A stretch of DNA of 59,755 bases, filler included, from 9 parts of 9 records of this genome joined end to end with filler, not necessarily neighbours in it, one strand, 5' to 3'; positions 9,565 through 20,557 are shown, counted from the whole stretch's first letter. Numbers and translations: made by a program. Notes: generated by a model not told the origin, from the letters alone.

Positions 9565-9664
9565 NNNNNNNNNNNNNNNNNNNNNNNNNNNNNNNNNNNN
9601 NNNNNNNNTTAATTAATTAANNNNNNNNNNNNNNNNNNNNNNNNNNNNNNNNNNNNNNNNNNNN
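9565..9664. other. Artificial contig linker (also 16019-16118, 22825-22924, 28274-28373, 35443-35542, 42762-42861, 48533-48632, 53790-53889)
   Basis: Identical N-run/TTAATTAATTAA/N-run with stops in all six frames; genes are truncated and composition shifts across the linkers. Confidence 0.99.
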
Positions 9665-9665
9665 C

Positions 9666-10874
9666 GTTGACACGATTGAAGGCGTATTGGGCCATGCATC
9701 CACCTTTCATCCGGTAGAAACGGAAATCGTTCCGCTCGGGGGAAGCGTGGGTCGGGTAATCGCCGAAGACATTTATTCAGATGTAGACATTCCAGATTTT
9801 TACCGTTCGACGATGGATGGTTATGCCGTAAGCGCAGCATCTACATTTGGTGCATCCGAGGCAAATCCCGCTTATTTGACCCTTCATGGCCGAATTCACA
9901 TGGGGGTTTGCCCCGATTTTTCCATAGGGCCGGGCCAGGCGGCTAAAATCGCCACCGGAGGGATGCTACCGCAGGGTGCAGACAGCGTCATTATGGTGGA
10001 ACACACGGAAAGCCTGGACGATACCACCATCGAGATATACAAAAGTGTTGCCCCGGGGCAGCATGTCATCGAAAAAGGAGAGGATCTTCAAAGCACCCTA
10101 CCGGCAATCACTGAAGGCACACGGATCCGTCCCCAGGAGGCTGGACTGCTCGCAGCCTGCGGGCAGACAGAAGTTCCCGTTTATAAACGCCCCATGATCG
10201 GTATCATCTCCACAGGGGACGAAGTGATCCCGGTGGACCGGGTTCCAGAACCGGGTCAGATCAGGGACATCAACACCCAAACACTTTCCGGTCAGGTTCT
10301 TGCTGCCGGCGGCGTCCCTGTTACGTTCGGTATCGCCAAAGACAACCGTGACGAATTGATTGAAAAATGCCGTAAAGCCCTGGAGCTGACCGATATGGTT
10401 CTGATTTCCGGGGGAAGTTCCATCGGAGCCAGGGACTTTACCGTGGAAGTTCTCGAACTTCTTCCCGACACCGAAATCCTCGTGCATGGCATCTCCATCA
10501 GCCCTGGGAAACCGACGATCTTAGCCCGTTCCAGCACCAAAGCGTTTTGGGGGCTTCCCGGCCACGCAGCCTCGGCAATGGTGGTCTTTGATGTGGTTGT
10601 ACGCCCGTTTATCGAACGCGTTTCCGGACAAAAAAAATCGGCCAGCCAATTTCCCATCACAGCGATACTGAACCGTAACCTTTCTTCTGCACAGGGGCGC
10701 GTGGATTATGTCCGCGTGCGCCTCGAAAAACAGAAAGGCAAACTCATTGCCGAACCGATTTTGGGAAAATCGGGATTGATCCGTACCATGGTGAAGGCGG
10801 ACGGCCTGATTGCCATCGGACTCAATACGGAGGGGTTGGAAAAAAATTCGATTGTAAACGTCATCCCCATTTAA
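9666..10874 (+). CDS. moeA: Molybdopterin molybdotransferase MoeA/Glp (5' truncated)
   Basis: RSTMDGYAV, IATGGMLPQGADSVIMVE, STGDE, ISGGSSIG, PGKPT, GLPGH motifs; frame open back to contig start. Confidence 0.93.
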   Translation, partial: VDTIEGVLGHASTFHPVETEIVPLGGSVGRVIAEDIYSDVDIPDFYRSTMDGYAVSAASTFGASEANPAYLTLHGRIHMGVCPDFSIGPGQAAKIATGGMLPQGADSVIMVEHTESLDDTTIEIYKSVAPGQHVIEKGEDLQSTLPAITEGTRIRPQEAGLLAACGQTEVPVYKRPMIGIISTGDEVIPVDRVPEPGQIRDINTQTLSGQVLAAGGVPVTFGIAKDNRDELIEKCRKALELTDMVLISGGSSIGARDFTVEVLELLPDTEILVHGISISPGKPTILARSSTKAFWGLPGHAASAMVVFDVVVRPFIERVSGQKKSASQFPITAILNRNLSSAQGRVDYVRVRLEKQKGKLIAEPILGKSGLIRTMVKADGLIAIGLNTEGLEKNSIVNVIPI

Positions 10875-10988
10875 CCGGGTGAGCAAGACCAATTTCACCG
10901 GTAAAAGGACGTTTGTGGAACTGTTGTCTGACATCCGGTTTCCTGATCAGACAAGGTTCCCCTTCGCGGAAAATTTCAGGAGTTACCA

Positions 10989-12920
10989 TTGAAAACTGAA
11001 CGTACGATTTACTTAAATATGAAGCCTCTCGAGGAGGCCAGACAGATATTTTTCGACCACTTTTCAGACGGTTTCGACACGGCTGCCGAAATGGTATCAT
11101 CACCCGATTCCGTCGGCCGTGTTCTATCAAACCCGGTTAGTGCCAGAATCTCTTCACCCAATTTCCATGCCGCCGCGATGGACGGCATCGCAGTAAAAGC
11201 CGATGAAACATTCAGCGCCAGTGACTCCAGGCCCCTGAACCTCTCCGTCGGCAGCCAGGCCGTCTTCGTCAATACGGGCCACGTCATGCCCGAAGGAACA
11301 AACGCCGTTATCATGATCGAAAATGTACAGATCGAGAACACAGAGACCGTTCGCATCGAAGCACCGGCTTTCCCCTGGCAACACGTACGCAAAATGGGTG
11401 AGGACATCGTTGCAACGGAGCTGCTTTACCCTCGTGGACACAAAATTTCCTCCTACTGTCTGGGCGCTCTGATCTCCGGCGGTGTATATGAAGTTCCTGC
11501 CCGGAAAAAGCCTCGAATTCTTATCATCCCCACGGGTTCGGAACTGGTGGATTGGCATGTCACCTCACCGGAAGATCTGAAACCGGGACAGGTCATCGAA
11601 ACCAACGGATATGTTCTAGAAAAAATGATCAATGCCTGCGGTGGGGATGCGGTACGTCATGAAAAGGTGATGGACGACCTTGCCCTGATTAAAAAAACCA
11701 TATCCGAAGCCGTCGATGCGGACTTCGATCTGGTCATGACCATCGGCGGGTCATCAGCCGGATCCAAGGATTATGCGCTGCCTGTTTTGGAAAAATTGGG
11801 ACAAATCCTTGTTCACGGGGTGACCATCATGCCCGGGAAACCCGTTCTATTGGGAGAGATCAAAGGAAAACCATTTGTTGGCATACCTGGATATCCGGTA
11901 TCGGCCATCATCGCCTGCGAACAATTTGTGCTGCCACTGATCCGGCAAATGTTGGGGTTGGCGGATACAGAGCGTGAGACCGTGCCGGTAGTACCCACAC
12001 GCAAGATCGCGTCCAAGCTCGGCGTGGAAGAATTCCTCAGGGTCAAACTGGGACAGGTTGACGACCGGATTGTGGCCACCCCCCTGCCCCGTGGCGCCGG
12101 TATGATTACCAGCATTACCGAAGCGGACGGTATTATTCGCATCCCCCGTCAGGCGGAAGGCATCAAAGAAAACACACCTGTCCATGCAGAATTGCTCAAA
12201 TCGAAATCAACCATCCAAAACACCATCGTCATCGTCGGCAGTCACGATAATACGCTGGATGTTCTGGCAGACCAACTTCGTGCAGGAAACCGGTCGATCA
12301 CCTTGTCTTCCAGCCATGTGGGCAGCATGGGCGGTTTGATGGCCGTCAAACGCGGTGTCTGCCACCTGGCCGGCGCCCACCTTCTGGATACTGAAACTGG
12401 AGAGTACAACCGGTCGTATATAGAAAGATACCTTCCAGGGACCAAGGTAAAACTGGTCAACCTTGTGATGCGGGCCCAAGGCCTCATCATACCGAAAGGA
12501 AATCCAAAAGGAATTTTGGGTGTCGAGGATTTGTGTAGAGAAGATGTTACTTTTATCAACCGTCAGGGGGGGTCAGGCACCCGAATTCTGTTGGATTACC
12601 AGCTGCAGCAAACCGGATTGTCTCCGGATCGAATCAACGGATATACCAGTGAAGAGTTTACCCATATGAATGTTGCCGTTGCAGTCCTTTCCGGCACAGC
12701 CGATTCCGGCCTTGGTATATTTGCAGCAGCCAAAGCACTCGATCTCGAATTCATACCAGTGGTTACCGAACAATACGACCTCGTTATTCCCGAAAAATAT
12801 TTTGCATCCCCAAACATCCAAATGCTGTTGGAAACGATTCAAACGGAAGTATTTAAAAGTCGAGTGGAAGCACTTGGTGGATACAGTACGGATAAAACGG
12901 GAACAGTGACAGCGGTATGA
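10989..12920 (+). CDS. moeA: MoeA fused to C-terminal periplasmic-binding-protein-like (PBP) domain
   Basis: AAMDGIAV, PTGSEL, GGSSAG, PGYPVSA, then GSHD...HVGSMGGL...FINRQGGSGTRILLD. Confidence 0.9.
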   Translation: MKTERTIYLNMKPLEEARQIFFDHFSDGFDTAAEMVSSPDSVGRVLSNPVSARISSPNFHAAAMDGIAVKADETFSASDSRPLNLSVGSQAVFVNTGHVMPEGTNAVIMIENVQIENTETVRIEAPAFPWQHVRKMGEDIVATELLYPRGHKISSYCLGALISGGVYEVPARKKPRILIIPTGSELVDWHVTSPEDLKPGQVIETNGYVLEKMINACGGDAVRHEKVMDDLALIKKTISEAVDADFDLVMTIGGSSAGSKDYALPVLEKLGQILVHGVTIMPGKPVLLGEIKGKPFVGIPGYPVSAIIACEQFVLPLIRQMLGLADTERETVPVVPTRKIASKLGVEEFLRVKLGQVDDRIVATPLPRGAGMITSITEADGIIRIPRQAEGIKENTPVHAELLKSKSTIQNTIVIVGSHDNTLDVLADQLRAGNRSITLSSSHVGSMGGLMAVKRGVCHLAGAHLLDTETGEYNRSYIERYLPGTKVKLVNLVMRAQGLIIPKGNPKGILGVEDLCREDVTFINRQGGSGTRILLDYQLQQTGLSPDRINGYTSEEFTHMNVAVAVLSGTADSGLGIFAAAKALDLEFIPVVTEQYDLVIPEKYFASPNIQMLLETIQTEVFKSRVEALGGYSTDKTGTVTAV

Positions 12921-13010
12921 CTTTCGCGGGCCGTTTATCGATAGACAACCCCAAAACCGATAATTCCAATTTATCCGCCATCGAAAGTCTGCGCGCTGTC
13001 CATTGAATGA

Positions 13011-13994
13011 TTGCGCACAGAAAAAAAGAACGGATTTGAAAAAAAGGTGAAAGAACCGGTACGAATTCTCTTCTCTTTTATCGGTCGTTATGCCTCGTAT
13101 TCATTACCCGCCGGCGTACTGGTTGGTTTGGTGTTGCCAATAGTAGCCGAAAAAATACAACCTTTCATGGTACCAGGTTTGATCATCCCCCTAACCCTGT
13201 CGCTGGTTAGGATTCACTTTGGACAAATATGGCGCTCACTGAAAGAGTGGAAATACATACTGGTACTATCGATCTGGATATTAGTGGCCTGCCCGATCAT
13301 TGTCCATGGATGCCTGCATTTGATAAACCTGCCCGAGCCCATTGAGATGGCGTCTCTAATCACAGCAGCAGCGCCACCTATAACGGCCTGCGCGGCCATT
13401 GCCGTCTTCTTGAAATTGGATGCAGCTTTAGTGGTCGTCACTACGGTTGTGACCATGCTGCTGGTTCCCCTTTCACTTCCACCGATATTCTTTTATCTGG
13501 TTGGCGTAGAAGTCGATGTTCAATTGTGGCAACTGAGCATTCGGTTGGCCGGATTCATATCTACCGCATTTTTGTTGGCGATGGGGCTAAAAAAAATTCT
13601 TGGACAAGACCGCATCGATCGCCAAGCTGATTTTTTTGACGGCATATCTGTTTTTTTCATCAGTCTGTTCATCATTGGCCTGATGCACGGGGTAACCGCT
13701 CTTGCCATTCAAAAACCATGGTTTGTATTTCAAGCATTCGCAGCAGCGACAGTTTTGGTGCTTGGATTCTACATTTTGACTTCGTTTGCCTTCTGGCGAT
13801 TAGGCCCCCGCTCGGCAATGGCTGCCGGACTTGCCAGCGGCAACTGTAACATGGGCCTCATGTATCTTGTACTATCCGATCATGCGGCACTTGAACTCCT
13901 CGTCTTTTTTGCCATTGGCCAGATACCGATGTTTTTTCTTCCATCGCTTTTGACACCACTTATTGCCTACCTCAACGACAGAGAAACCCAGTAA
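13011..13994 (+). CDS. Bile acid:sodium symporter (BASS)-like membrane protein
   Basis: About ten hydrophobic segments; AAAPPITAC and SGNCNMGL motifs. Confidence 0.7.
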   Translation: MRTEKKNGFEKKVKEPVRILFSFIGRYASYSLPAGVLVGLVLPIVAEKIQPFMVPGLIIPLTLSLVRIHFGQIWRSLKEWKYILVLSIWILVACPIIVHGCLHLINLPEPIEMASLITAAAPPITACAAIAVFLKLDAALVVVTTVVTMLLVPLSLPPIFFYLVGVEVDVQLWQLSIRLAGFISTAFLLAMGLKKILGQDRIDRQADFFDGISVFFISLFIIGLMHGVTALAIQKPWFVFQAFAAATVLVLGFYILTSFAFWRLGPRSAMAAGLASGNCNMGLMYLVLSDHAALELLVFFAIGQIPMFFLPSLLTPLIAYLNDRETQ

Positions 13995-14001
13995 AAAACC
14001 A

Positions 14002-14646
14002 TTAACCGGATCCGTCGCTATCTTTTCCCCTGGACAGTTTAAACAATCGATACACACCATAAATCAAAAGCAACAAACCGACTGCACGGTTTGCTATCTT
14101 AAAAAGCAATATGGGTATTGAAGCTTTGCAAAGAGAAAACAGCAAAACAGAGACGCCGAGAAATACGAAAGTTGCAGATCCGGCAGAGAGCCCGAAGAAG
14201 ATGAGCTGTTTTTTCGTATAGCCCATCTCTATTGCTTTTGCTGCAAACAAACTGGTCCAAAATACGATTGTAAGCGGGCTTGAAATTGTTAACAGAAATG
14301 TTGATACGAAGCTTGATAGATAATCGGATTGAATGAAAGTTTCTGCATAACTCCCTGAATTTGCATGTTCAGCAGACAGAATCATCACGATTCCAAACAG
14401 AATGAGAACCACCGAACTGATGATCCCAAGGGCAATTTTTGTTTTTGGTCGTTCTAATAATTTCCCCACCCCTACCACCGCAAGGACAATGAACATATAA
14501 TCAACCAAGGTTACGGCAGCAACAGCAATCAGCCCGTCTATCCTCGTTCTTTGCAAAGAGAGATTGAGGATAAAAAAGAACACCGGTCCTATGGCGATTT
14601 GTAGGAGCAGGCCCGTGAAAAATCCGTTGAGAAGGATTGCGGTCAT
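14002..14646 (-). CDS. LysE-family translocator
   Basis: GLLLQIAIGPVFFFI N-terminal motif; LLTISSPLTIVFW; six TM-like segments. Confidence 0.85.
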   Translation of the reverse strand: MTAILLNGFFTGLLLQIAIGPVFFFILNLSLQRTRIDGLIAVAAVTLVDYMFIVLAVVGVGKLLERPKTKIALGIISSVVLILFGIVMILSAEHANSGSYAETFIQSDYLSSFVSTFLLTISSPLTIVFWTSLFAAKAIEMGYTKKQLIFFGLSAGSATFVFLGVSVLLFSLCKASIPILLFKIANRAVGLLLLIYGVYRLFKLSRGKDSDGSG

Positions 14647-14959
14647 ATCTTTTTCCTGCGTTGGTCCATGGTTGTTATCCGTACTCTGAATCGTCGCAAT
14701 GTTGGGGCACAGGATATTTTCAGCAGCAGTATAGATGAAATGAACGGTCCTGGGAATGGACCTTTTATGGTTTTCGGGAGCCCGTACCTAAAAAAACCAA
14801 AAAAAGGCCCCCTATACCTTGGATTTCAATGGTGAGAGGATGGATGATAGAGAAGGTGTAGGTTCACCCTTCACTCTCCCACTCACAAAAGGGGGACCCG
14901 CGCAAGATTGCGGTTGACAGATTCTGTAGACTCTATTAGACACCAGCCACAATTCTTGT

Positions 14960-15140
14960 TTCACCATTGCGGTTCCATTTTTGGAACAATAGGGAACCCG
15001 GTGCAATTCCGGGGCGAACCCGTCGCTGTGAGCGGGAACGAACACCGCCATAACCACTGTACCGTTATCCAATCCATCGAAACGGTATGGGAAGGGGTGG
15101 TCAGTAGGACGATCCGCAAGCCAGAAGACCTGCCGCATGG
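14960..15140 (+). ncRNA. Cobalamin (B12) riboswitch
   Basis: AATAGGGAA-CCCGGTGCAATTCCGGGGC, GCTGTGA, CCACTG, GGGAAGG and B12 box AGCCAGAAGACCTGCC (15119-15134) in canonical order; boundaries approximate. Confidence 0.92.
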
Positions 15141-15163
15141 AAAATTGTCTTGGTGGCGATGGT

Positions 15164-15214
15164 AAAACCCCAGGCTGAAATTTTATTTTTCGGCCCGGGG
15201 TTTTCTGTTTTGTT
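15164..15214 (+). terminator. Riboswitch expression-platform terminator
   Basis: AAAACCCCAGGCTGAAA...TTTCGGCCCGGGGTTTT followed by CTGTTTTGTT, between aptamer and RBS. Confidence 0.75.
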
Positions 15215-15253
15215 CTCGAACCTCCCCGGTCCGATAAGAGAAAGGATACCTGT

Positions 15254-16018
15254 ATGAAGACGCAGATCGAATTGGCCAGGGAAAAAATCATCACCGAGCA
15301 GATGAAGGCAGTCGCACTGGATGAGAGCATCGAAGCCGAAATTATCCGGGAAAGAGTGGCAAACGGGCAAATCGTCATCCCAAACAATCCGTTTCGAAAA
15401 GAGCAGCCGGCCGTCGGCATCGGTTCAGGATTGCGGACCAAGGTCAACGCATCCATCGGCACCTCGTCGGATATCTGCAGCATTGAATTGGAAGTGAGAA
15501 AAACCAGGGCGGCGGAAGAAGAAGGGGCGGATACAATAATGGAGCTGTCCGCTGGCGGAGACCTAGAACGGATCCGCAAGGAGGTTCTGGCAGCAACGAA
15601 CAGACCCGTCGGTAACGTTCCCCTTTATCAGGCTTTCAAGGAGACGACCAGAAGGTATAAAAACCCTGCGAAACTGGATCCGGAATATCTGTTTGAGCTC
15701 ATCGAAAAACAGCTTGCGGACGGTTTGAGTTTCATGGCAATCCACTGCGGTATCAACCTGTACACGATCGAACGGCTGAGAAAACAAGGGTTCCGTTATG
15801 GTGGGCTGGCATCGAAGGGCGGCACTTTCATGGTCGCCTGGATGGATGCAAACAAAAAAGAAAACCCACTGTACGAACAATTCGATCGCGTCTGTGCATT
15901 GATGAAAAAATACGATGCGGTGCTGTCCCTTGGCAATGGCATCCGGGCCGGCGCCATTCATGACAGCCATGACCGGGCACAGATGGCGGAGATGATCATC
16001 AACTGCGAACTGGCCGAG
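15254..16018 (+). CDS. bzaF: ThiC-like 5-hydroxybenzimidazole synthase (3' truncated)
   Basis: ThiC fold (RTKVNASIGTS, IHCG, ENPLYEQFD) with MELS, SKGG and LGNG where ThiC has MDLS, SRGG and LGDG; lies under a B12 rather than TPP riboswitch. Confidence 0.8.
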
Positions 16019-16118
16019 NNNNNNNNNNNNNNNNNNNNNNNNNNNNNNNNNNNNNNNNNNNNTTAATTAATTAANNNNNNNNNNNNNNNNNNNNNNNNNN
16101 NNNNNNNNNNNNNNNNNN

Positions 16119-16589
16119 CGGCCGATAGCCGGTGCAGCGGCACAGGTTCCCGGCGATCATGTCCATGATTGCGGTGTCGTCGCGTTCCTTCGTGCGCGAC
16201 AGCGCTGCCAGGGCGACGGCGAAGCCCGGCGAACAGTACCCGCACTGGGTGCCGTGGTTTTCGGCCAGCAGACGCTGGGCCGGATGCACGGCTTCGTCCG
16301 AGCCGGCCATTGTGCCCAGTCCTTCGGGGGTAACGACCGCCAGGCCGTCAAGCTGCGGCAGCATCATGATGCACGACGTCGCCATCCGCCAGTTCAGCTC
16401 TTTCGCCGACGGTGCGGGTGTGCCCAGCAGGATCGAACAGGCCCCGCAGTCGCCCTCGGCACAGCCTTCCTTCGCCGCCGTCAGGCCCTCCGCGCGCAGC
16501 CAATCGAGCACGGTCGTGTGCGGCGCCGCGTCGGCAATCCGGCGGGCATGGCCGTTCAGGAAAAAACGAATATCGGTCCGCACCTGCAA
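16119..16589 (-). CDS. xdhA: Xanthine dehydrogenase small subunit, 2Fe-2S N-terminus (3' truncated)
   Basis: KEGCAEGDCGAC, HGTQCGYCSPGF, GNLCRCTGYRP; next to guaD. Confidence 0.88.
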
Positions 16590-16740
16590 TCCTCCGCAAA
16601 CGCCCGGATATCTCCCCGGCTGAAATCGAACACCGACTCATATGGTTGGTCAAAAATCCATGCTTAACAAGCACTTATTGTCTTGTTTCATGATATCAAC
16701 AAATAACGCCGTTTTCGAAGGCCGGCTTGAATCGCGGCGG

Positions 16741-18087
16741 TCAATCCCGCACATAGGCCGGCACACCGGCGACGTAGGTTGCGCGGGTGGCCCGATCGTC
16801 GCCCATGGTCATCAGGATGAACAGAACCTCTTCGATGCTCTCGGCATGCTGCATGCGGAAATCGATGATCGGCGTCGATTTCAGATCGAGCACGACCATG
16901 TCGGCTTCCATGCCGGGAACCAGGCTGCCGATGGTGTCTTCGAGGCAGAGCGCTTCCGCCGTTCCGCGCGTCGCCAGGTAAAACGCATGTCCGGCGCTCA
17001 GCGAGTAGCCGTTCATCTGGGCGATTTTGTAGGTTTCGTTCAGGGTCTGCAGGATCGAAAAGCTGGTGCCTCCGCCAAGATCGGTGGCCAGGCCGACGCG
17101 GACGGGCCGGTTCTCGCTTTTCGCCTGTTCGAGGCTGAACAGCCCGCTTCCCAAAAACAGGTTCGATGTCGGGCAGTGGGCGATGGCCGTGCCGGTTTCG
17201 TGGCACCGCCGGAATTGCGCTTCGGTCATGTGAATGCCGTGGCCGTATAAGGCGCGGTCGCCCAACAGACCGTAATGATCGTAGATATCCAGGTATCCGT
17301 CGCGTTCCGGATACAGTTCCTTCACCCATTCGACCTCGGCCTTGTTTTCCGACAGGTGCGATTGCAGGAACGTGCCGGGATGCTCCTTCCAAAGGGCGCC
17401 GGTCATTTCCATTTGCCCGGGCGAACTTGTCGGCGCGTAACGCGGCGTCAGGCTGTACATCGACCGGCCGTGGCCGTGCCATTTTTCGATCAGCGCCTTC
17501 GATTCGTCGTATCCGCGCTGCGGCGTGTCGGTCAGGGCATCGGGCGCGTTGCGGTCCATCATCACCTTGCCGGCGATCATCCGCATGCCGAATTTTTCCG
17601 ATTCCTCGAAAAAAACGTCGACCGATTGCGGATAGACCGTGCAGAAAACCGACGATGTCGTCGTGCCGGCGCGCAGGCATTCCTGCAGGAACAGTTGCGC
17701 CACCTTGCGCGCGTAGTCACGGTCGCGAAACGCCTGTTCGGCGATAAAGGCGTATTTGTTCAGCCAGTCGATAAGCTGGACGCCGTAGGCGCCGATGATC
17801 TGGGTCTGCGGATAATGGACGTGGCAGTCGATGAATCCGGCCATGATCAGGCTGTCGTCGTAGCGGACAACGTCGATCCCTTCGGCAACCTTGCCGGCCA
17901 TCTCGGACGCTGGCCCGAGATCGGCGATCTTCCCGTCTTCGACAAGGATGATGCCGTCGGGTTCATAGACCATGCAGGCGTCCATATCGTCGAGGAACGG
18001 GTCCGCCTTATACGTCAGATAGGCGCCCCGGATTGCGCTTTGATCCAATATGTACCCCTCGTGTCTCTCCCTGCGCGCACAAACCAA
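16741..18087 (-). CDS. guaD: Guanine deaminase (true start may be slightly downstream)
   Basis: GFIDCHVHYPQ, TPRYAPTS, QSHLSEN, HCPTSNLFLGSG, ATDLGGGTS. Confidence 0.95.
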   Translation of the reverse strand: MVCARRERHEGYILDQSAIRGAYLTYKADPFLDDMDACMVYEPDGIILVEDGKIADLGPASEMAGKVAEGIDVVRYDDSLIMAGFIDCHVHYPQTQIIGAYGVQLIDWLNKYAFIAEQAFRDRDYARKVAQLFLQECLRAGTTTSSVFCTVYPQSVDVFFEESEKFGMRMIAGKVMMDRNAPDALTDTPQRGYDESKALIEKWHGHGRSMYSLTPRYAPTSSPGQMEMTGALWKEHPGTFLQSHLSENKAEVEWVKELYPERDGYLDIYDHYGLLGDRALYGHGIHMTEAQFRRCHETGTAIAHCPTSNLFLGSGLFSLEQAKSENRPVRVGLATDLGGGTSFSILQTLNETYKIAQMNGYSLSAGHAFYLATRGTAEALCLEDTIGSLVPGMEADMVVLDLKSTPIIDFRMQHAESIEEVLFILMTMGDDRATRATYVAGVPAYVRD

Positions 18088-18268
18088 CCCAATTGCCAGG
18101 ACATTATGTGGCGGTCATGGAGACATGAAACCACGAATATATGACCAAAAACTTGAGATATCCGTTGCCATGCCATGACGGTCTGCGAAGCGGATGCCTC
18201 GCAGACCATACGACGGGGTACGCAAAATAAAGACGCCGACGGTTTATTGCCGCACGGCCGGGACGTTT

Positions 18269-19513
18269 TTACGCGCCTTGGCGTGCCACCGGCGGCACAT
18301 AGTCCTCCAGATCCTTCGTCGGGAAATGGACGGTCTCGCCGGTTTCCGCCGATCGATAGAGAGCCATCAGGATCTCGACGACGGCAAGGCCGTCCTCGAA
18401 GGTTTCCAGCGGCTTTTCGCCTTTGCGGAAATGATCGACCATGTGACGGTTTTCGTCGGAATAGCCGTAAACCCCGGCTTCGTCTTCGAGGACCGGCATC
18501 AGGCCCTGTTCGGCATTCTGCTTTTCGACCAGGTCCTCGCCTTCCTCGCCGGTGACGGCGCGCGACATGAACACCTTCAGGCCGGTGCCCAACGAGTTGA
18601 ACTCCATGGCGTATTCCGGGCCCAGCAGTTCGAGCTGGATGCGCAATCCGGCGCCGACATAGGCCCAGGACGTCGTCGTCTCGATCATCAGATCGTTGCC
18701 GTCCTGATCTTGCAGCGCAATCGTTCCGCGGGCGAAGTCTTCTGACGGCCGTTTGCGATAATCGACGTCGGGTCCGTAACGATCGCGCAACTGATCGGCA
18801 TAGGCCGGCCGGGTCCATTTCAGATTGGCCACCGTGCCGTTGACCGATTTCACCGTCAGCGACGTTCGCGGCGCCCCCGGCGCGGTCAGAAGGTGCCGCG
18901 CCACTTCGACCGAATGGCACATCATATCCGAAAGCACGCCGCCGCCCTGCTTGTCGCCCTGCCAGAACCAGGCTTCATGGGGCCCGGAATGTTCCTCGGC
19001 GGCACGCGCCAGATAGGGCCGGCCGGTCGCCGATGCGGCACGCCGCCAAACGATTTCCTTGCCGCGAATGACCGGCGTCGCGAAGACCTGGTTTTCGAGA
19101 TAGCCGTGATTGAGCTTGGCGTCCTCGGCCAGTTGCAGCATCACGCGGGCTTCGCCGATGGTCCGCGCCAGCGGCTTTTCGCAGGCAACCGCGAACACTC
19201 CGCTGCGGCCAGCGGTCACTTCGGCATGGATCGTGCGCATGACATCGAGCCGGGTATGGTTCGGCGACAGAATCCAGATGGCATCGACATCGTCGGCCTG
19301 AAGCATGGCGACAAGGCTGTCGTGATTCCGGCAGTCGCCGAGCTCGAGTTCGGCGACGTGGCGGCAAAAACGGGCCCGGTTGTCGTTGTTTCGGCTGTAG
19401 ACTCCGGTCACCTCGACATTGCGCACGTTGATCATCGATTTGAGGTGGAAATCGGCGATGAAGCCGGTCCCAACAAAGCCAACGCGCAGCCGTTCCTTTG
19501 GCAATCCGGACAT
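18269..19513 (-). CDS. Gfo/Idh/MocA-family oxidoreductase
   Basis: GFVGTGFIA Rossmann motif, CEKPLA, GGGVLSDMMCH. Confidence 0.9.
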   Translation of the reverse strand: MSGLPKERLRVGFVGTGFIADFHLKSMINVRNVEVTGVYSRNNDNRARFCRHVAELELGDCRNHDSLVAMLQADDVDAIWILSPNHTRLDVMRTIHAEVTAGRSGVFAVACEKPLARTIGEARVMLQLAEDAKLNHGYLENQVFATPVIRGKEIVWRRAASATGRPYLARAAEEHSGPHEAWFWQGDKQGGGVLSDMMCHSVEVARHLLTAPGAPRTSLTVKSVNGTVANLKWTRPAYADQLRDRYGPDVDYRKRPSEDFARGTIALQDQDGNDLMIETTTSWAYVGAGLRIQLELLGPEYAMEFNSLGTGLKVFMSRAVTGEEGEDLVEKQNAEQGLMPVLEDEAGVYGYSDENRHMVDHFRKGEKPLETFEDGLAVVEILMALYRSAETGETVHFPTKDLEDYVPPVARQGA

Positions 19514-19540
19514 GTTTCTTTCTCCTTGTCTAGTGGGGCG

Positions 19541-20557
19541 TCACGTTTTCGGCGGTGCCGTCGAGCCCCGGATGCGTAATGTCGTTGGTACGACGATTGG
19601 TTCGTTCGGTCCGCGTTCGCCGGACAATATCTCAAGCAGCAGCGTCATCGCCCGGTGACCGATTTCGGTGCGCGGCTGGCTGACCGTCGTCAGCGGCGGA
19701 TGAAACGCCTCGCTGAACAGCAGATCATCGAAGCCGACCACGGAAACGTCGTCCGGCACCTCATAGCCGAGACACCGCATTTCCTGGATCGCGCCGAAGG
19801 CCATTTCGTCGTTGGCGGCGAAGACGGCGGTCGGCGGTTCGGCCATCTCGAACAGGCGTCGTCCGGCATCCCGTCCCGACTGGAGCAAATAAAGGCCCGG
19901 CTGTTCGTAGCCATCCGGGATCGGCAGGCCGGCTTCGGCCATGGCGGCGCGATAGCCCTCACGCCGCTTCAGGCTCATGATTTCCGGCAGCGGACCGGTG
20001 ATATGGGCGATTCGCCGATGGCCGAGTTCGATAAGATGCCGCACCGCGTCGCGGGCGGCGCCGACGTTGTCGATCTGGACGTGGGGCAGGCCGACCCCCT
20101 CGATCAGTTCGAGCGCGACGACGACGGGAAACGCCTCGACCGCGAAGCTTTCGACCGGGTACTTGGTCGGCAGCTTGCCGGTCATCAGGATCATGCCGTC
20201 GGCGTGGCCGTCTCGCAGCATGTCGAAATACTGGTTTTCCTGCTCCGGGTCGTCCTCGATGTTGCCCATCAAAACGGAATATCCGGCGGCCCGCGCGGTC
20301 GCCTCCATGCTCTTCAGGATTTCTAGATAGAACGGGTTGATGACGTCGCGGACGACCAGCAGCACCGACTTGGACCGCTGTGTGCGCAAATTGCGGGCGC
20401 TTACGTTCGGGCGGTAATCGAGCTCGGTCGCCAGGTCGTGGATGCGCCGGCGCGTTTTTTCGGCAACGAGATCGCTGTCGGCGAGCGCGCGGGAAACGGT
20501 TGCCGACGAAACGCCGAGCATTTCGGCGATGTCCTTGATTTTCGTGCGCCGTCTCAT
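19541..20557 (-). CDS. LacI-family transcriptional regulator
   Basis: Real start ATG 20557 (ATGA overlap with permease stop); IKDIAEMLGVSSATVSRAL, YRPNVSARNL, VVGFDD, PLTTVSQP. Confidence 0.93.
   Translation of the reverse strand: MRRRTKIKDIAEMLGVSSATVSRALADSDLVAEKTRRRIHDLATELDYRPNVSARNLRTQRSKSVLLVVRDVINPFYLEILKSMEATARAAGYSVLMGNIEDDPEQENQYFDMLRDGHADGMILMTGKLPTKYPVESFAVEAFPVVVALELIEGVGLPHVQIDNVGAARDAVRHLIELGHRRIAHITGPLPEIMSLKRREGYRAAMAEAGLPIPDGYEQPGLYLLQSGRDAGRRLFEMAEPPTAVFAANDEMAFGAIQEMRCLGYEVPDDVSVVGFDDLLFSEAFHPPLTTVSQPRTEIGHRAMTLLLEILSGERGPNEPIVVPTTLRIRGSTAPPKT

Noticed and set aside
9666-12920. Tandem moeA genes as a novelty
   Set aside because: MoeA plus MoeA-PBP pairs are a common arrangement in sulfate reducers and archaea.
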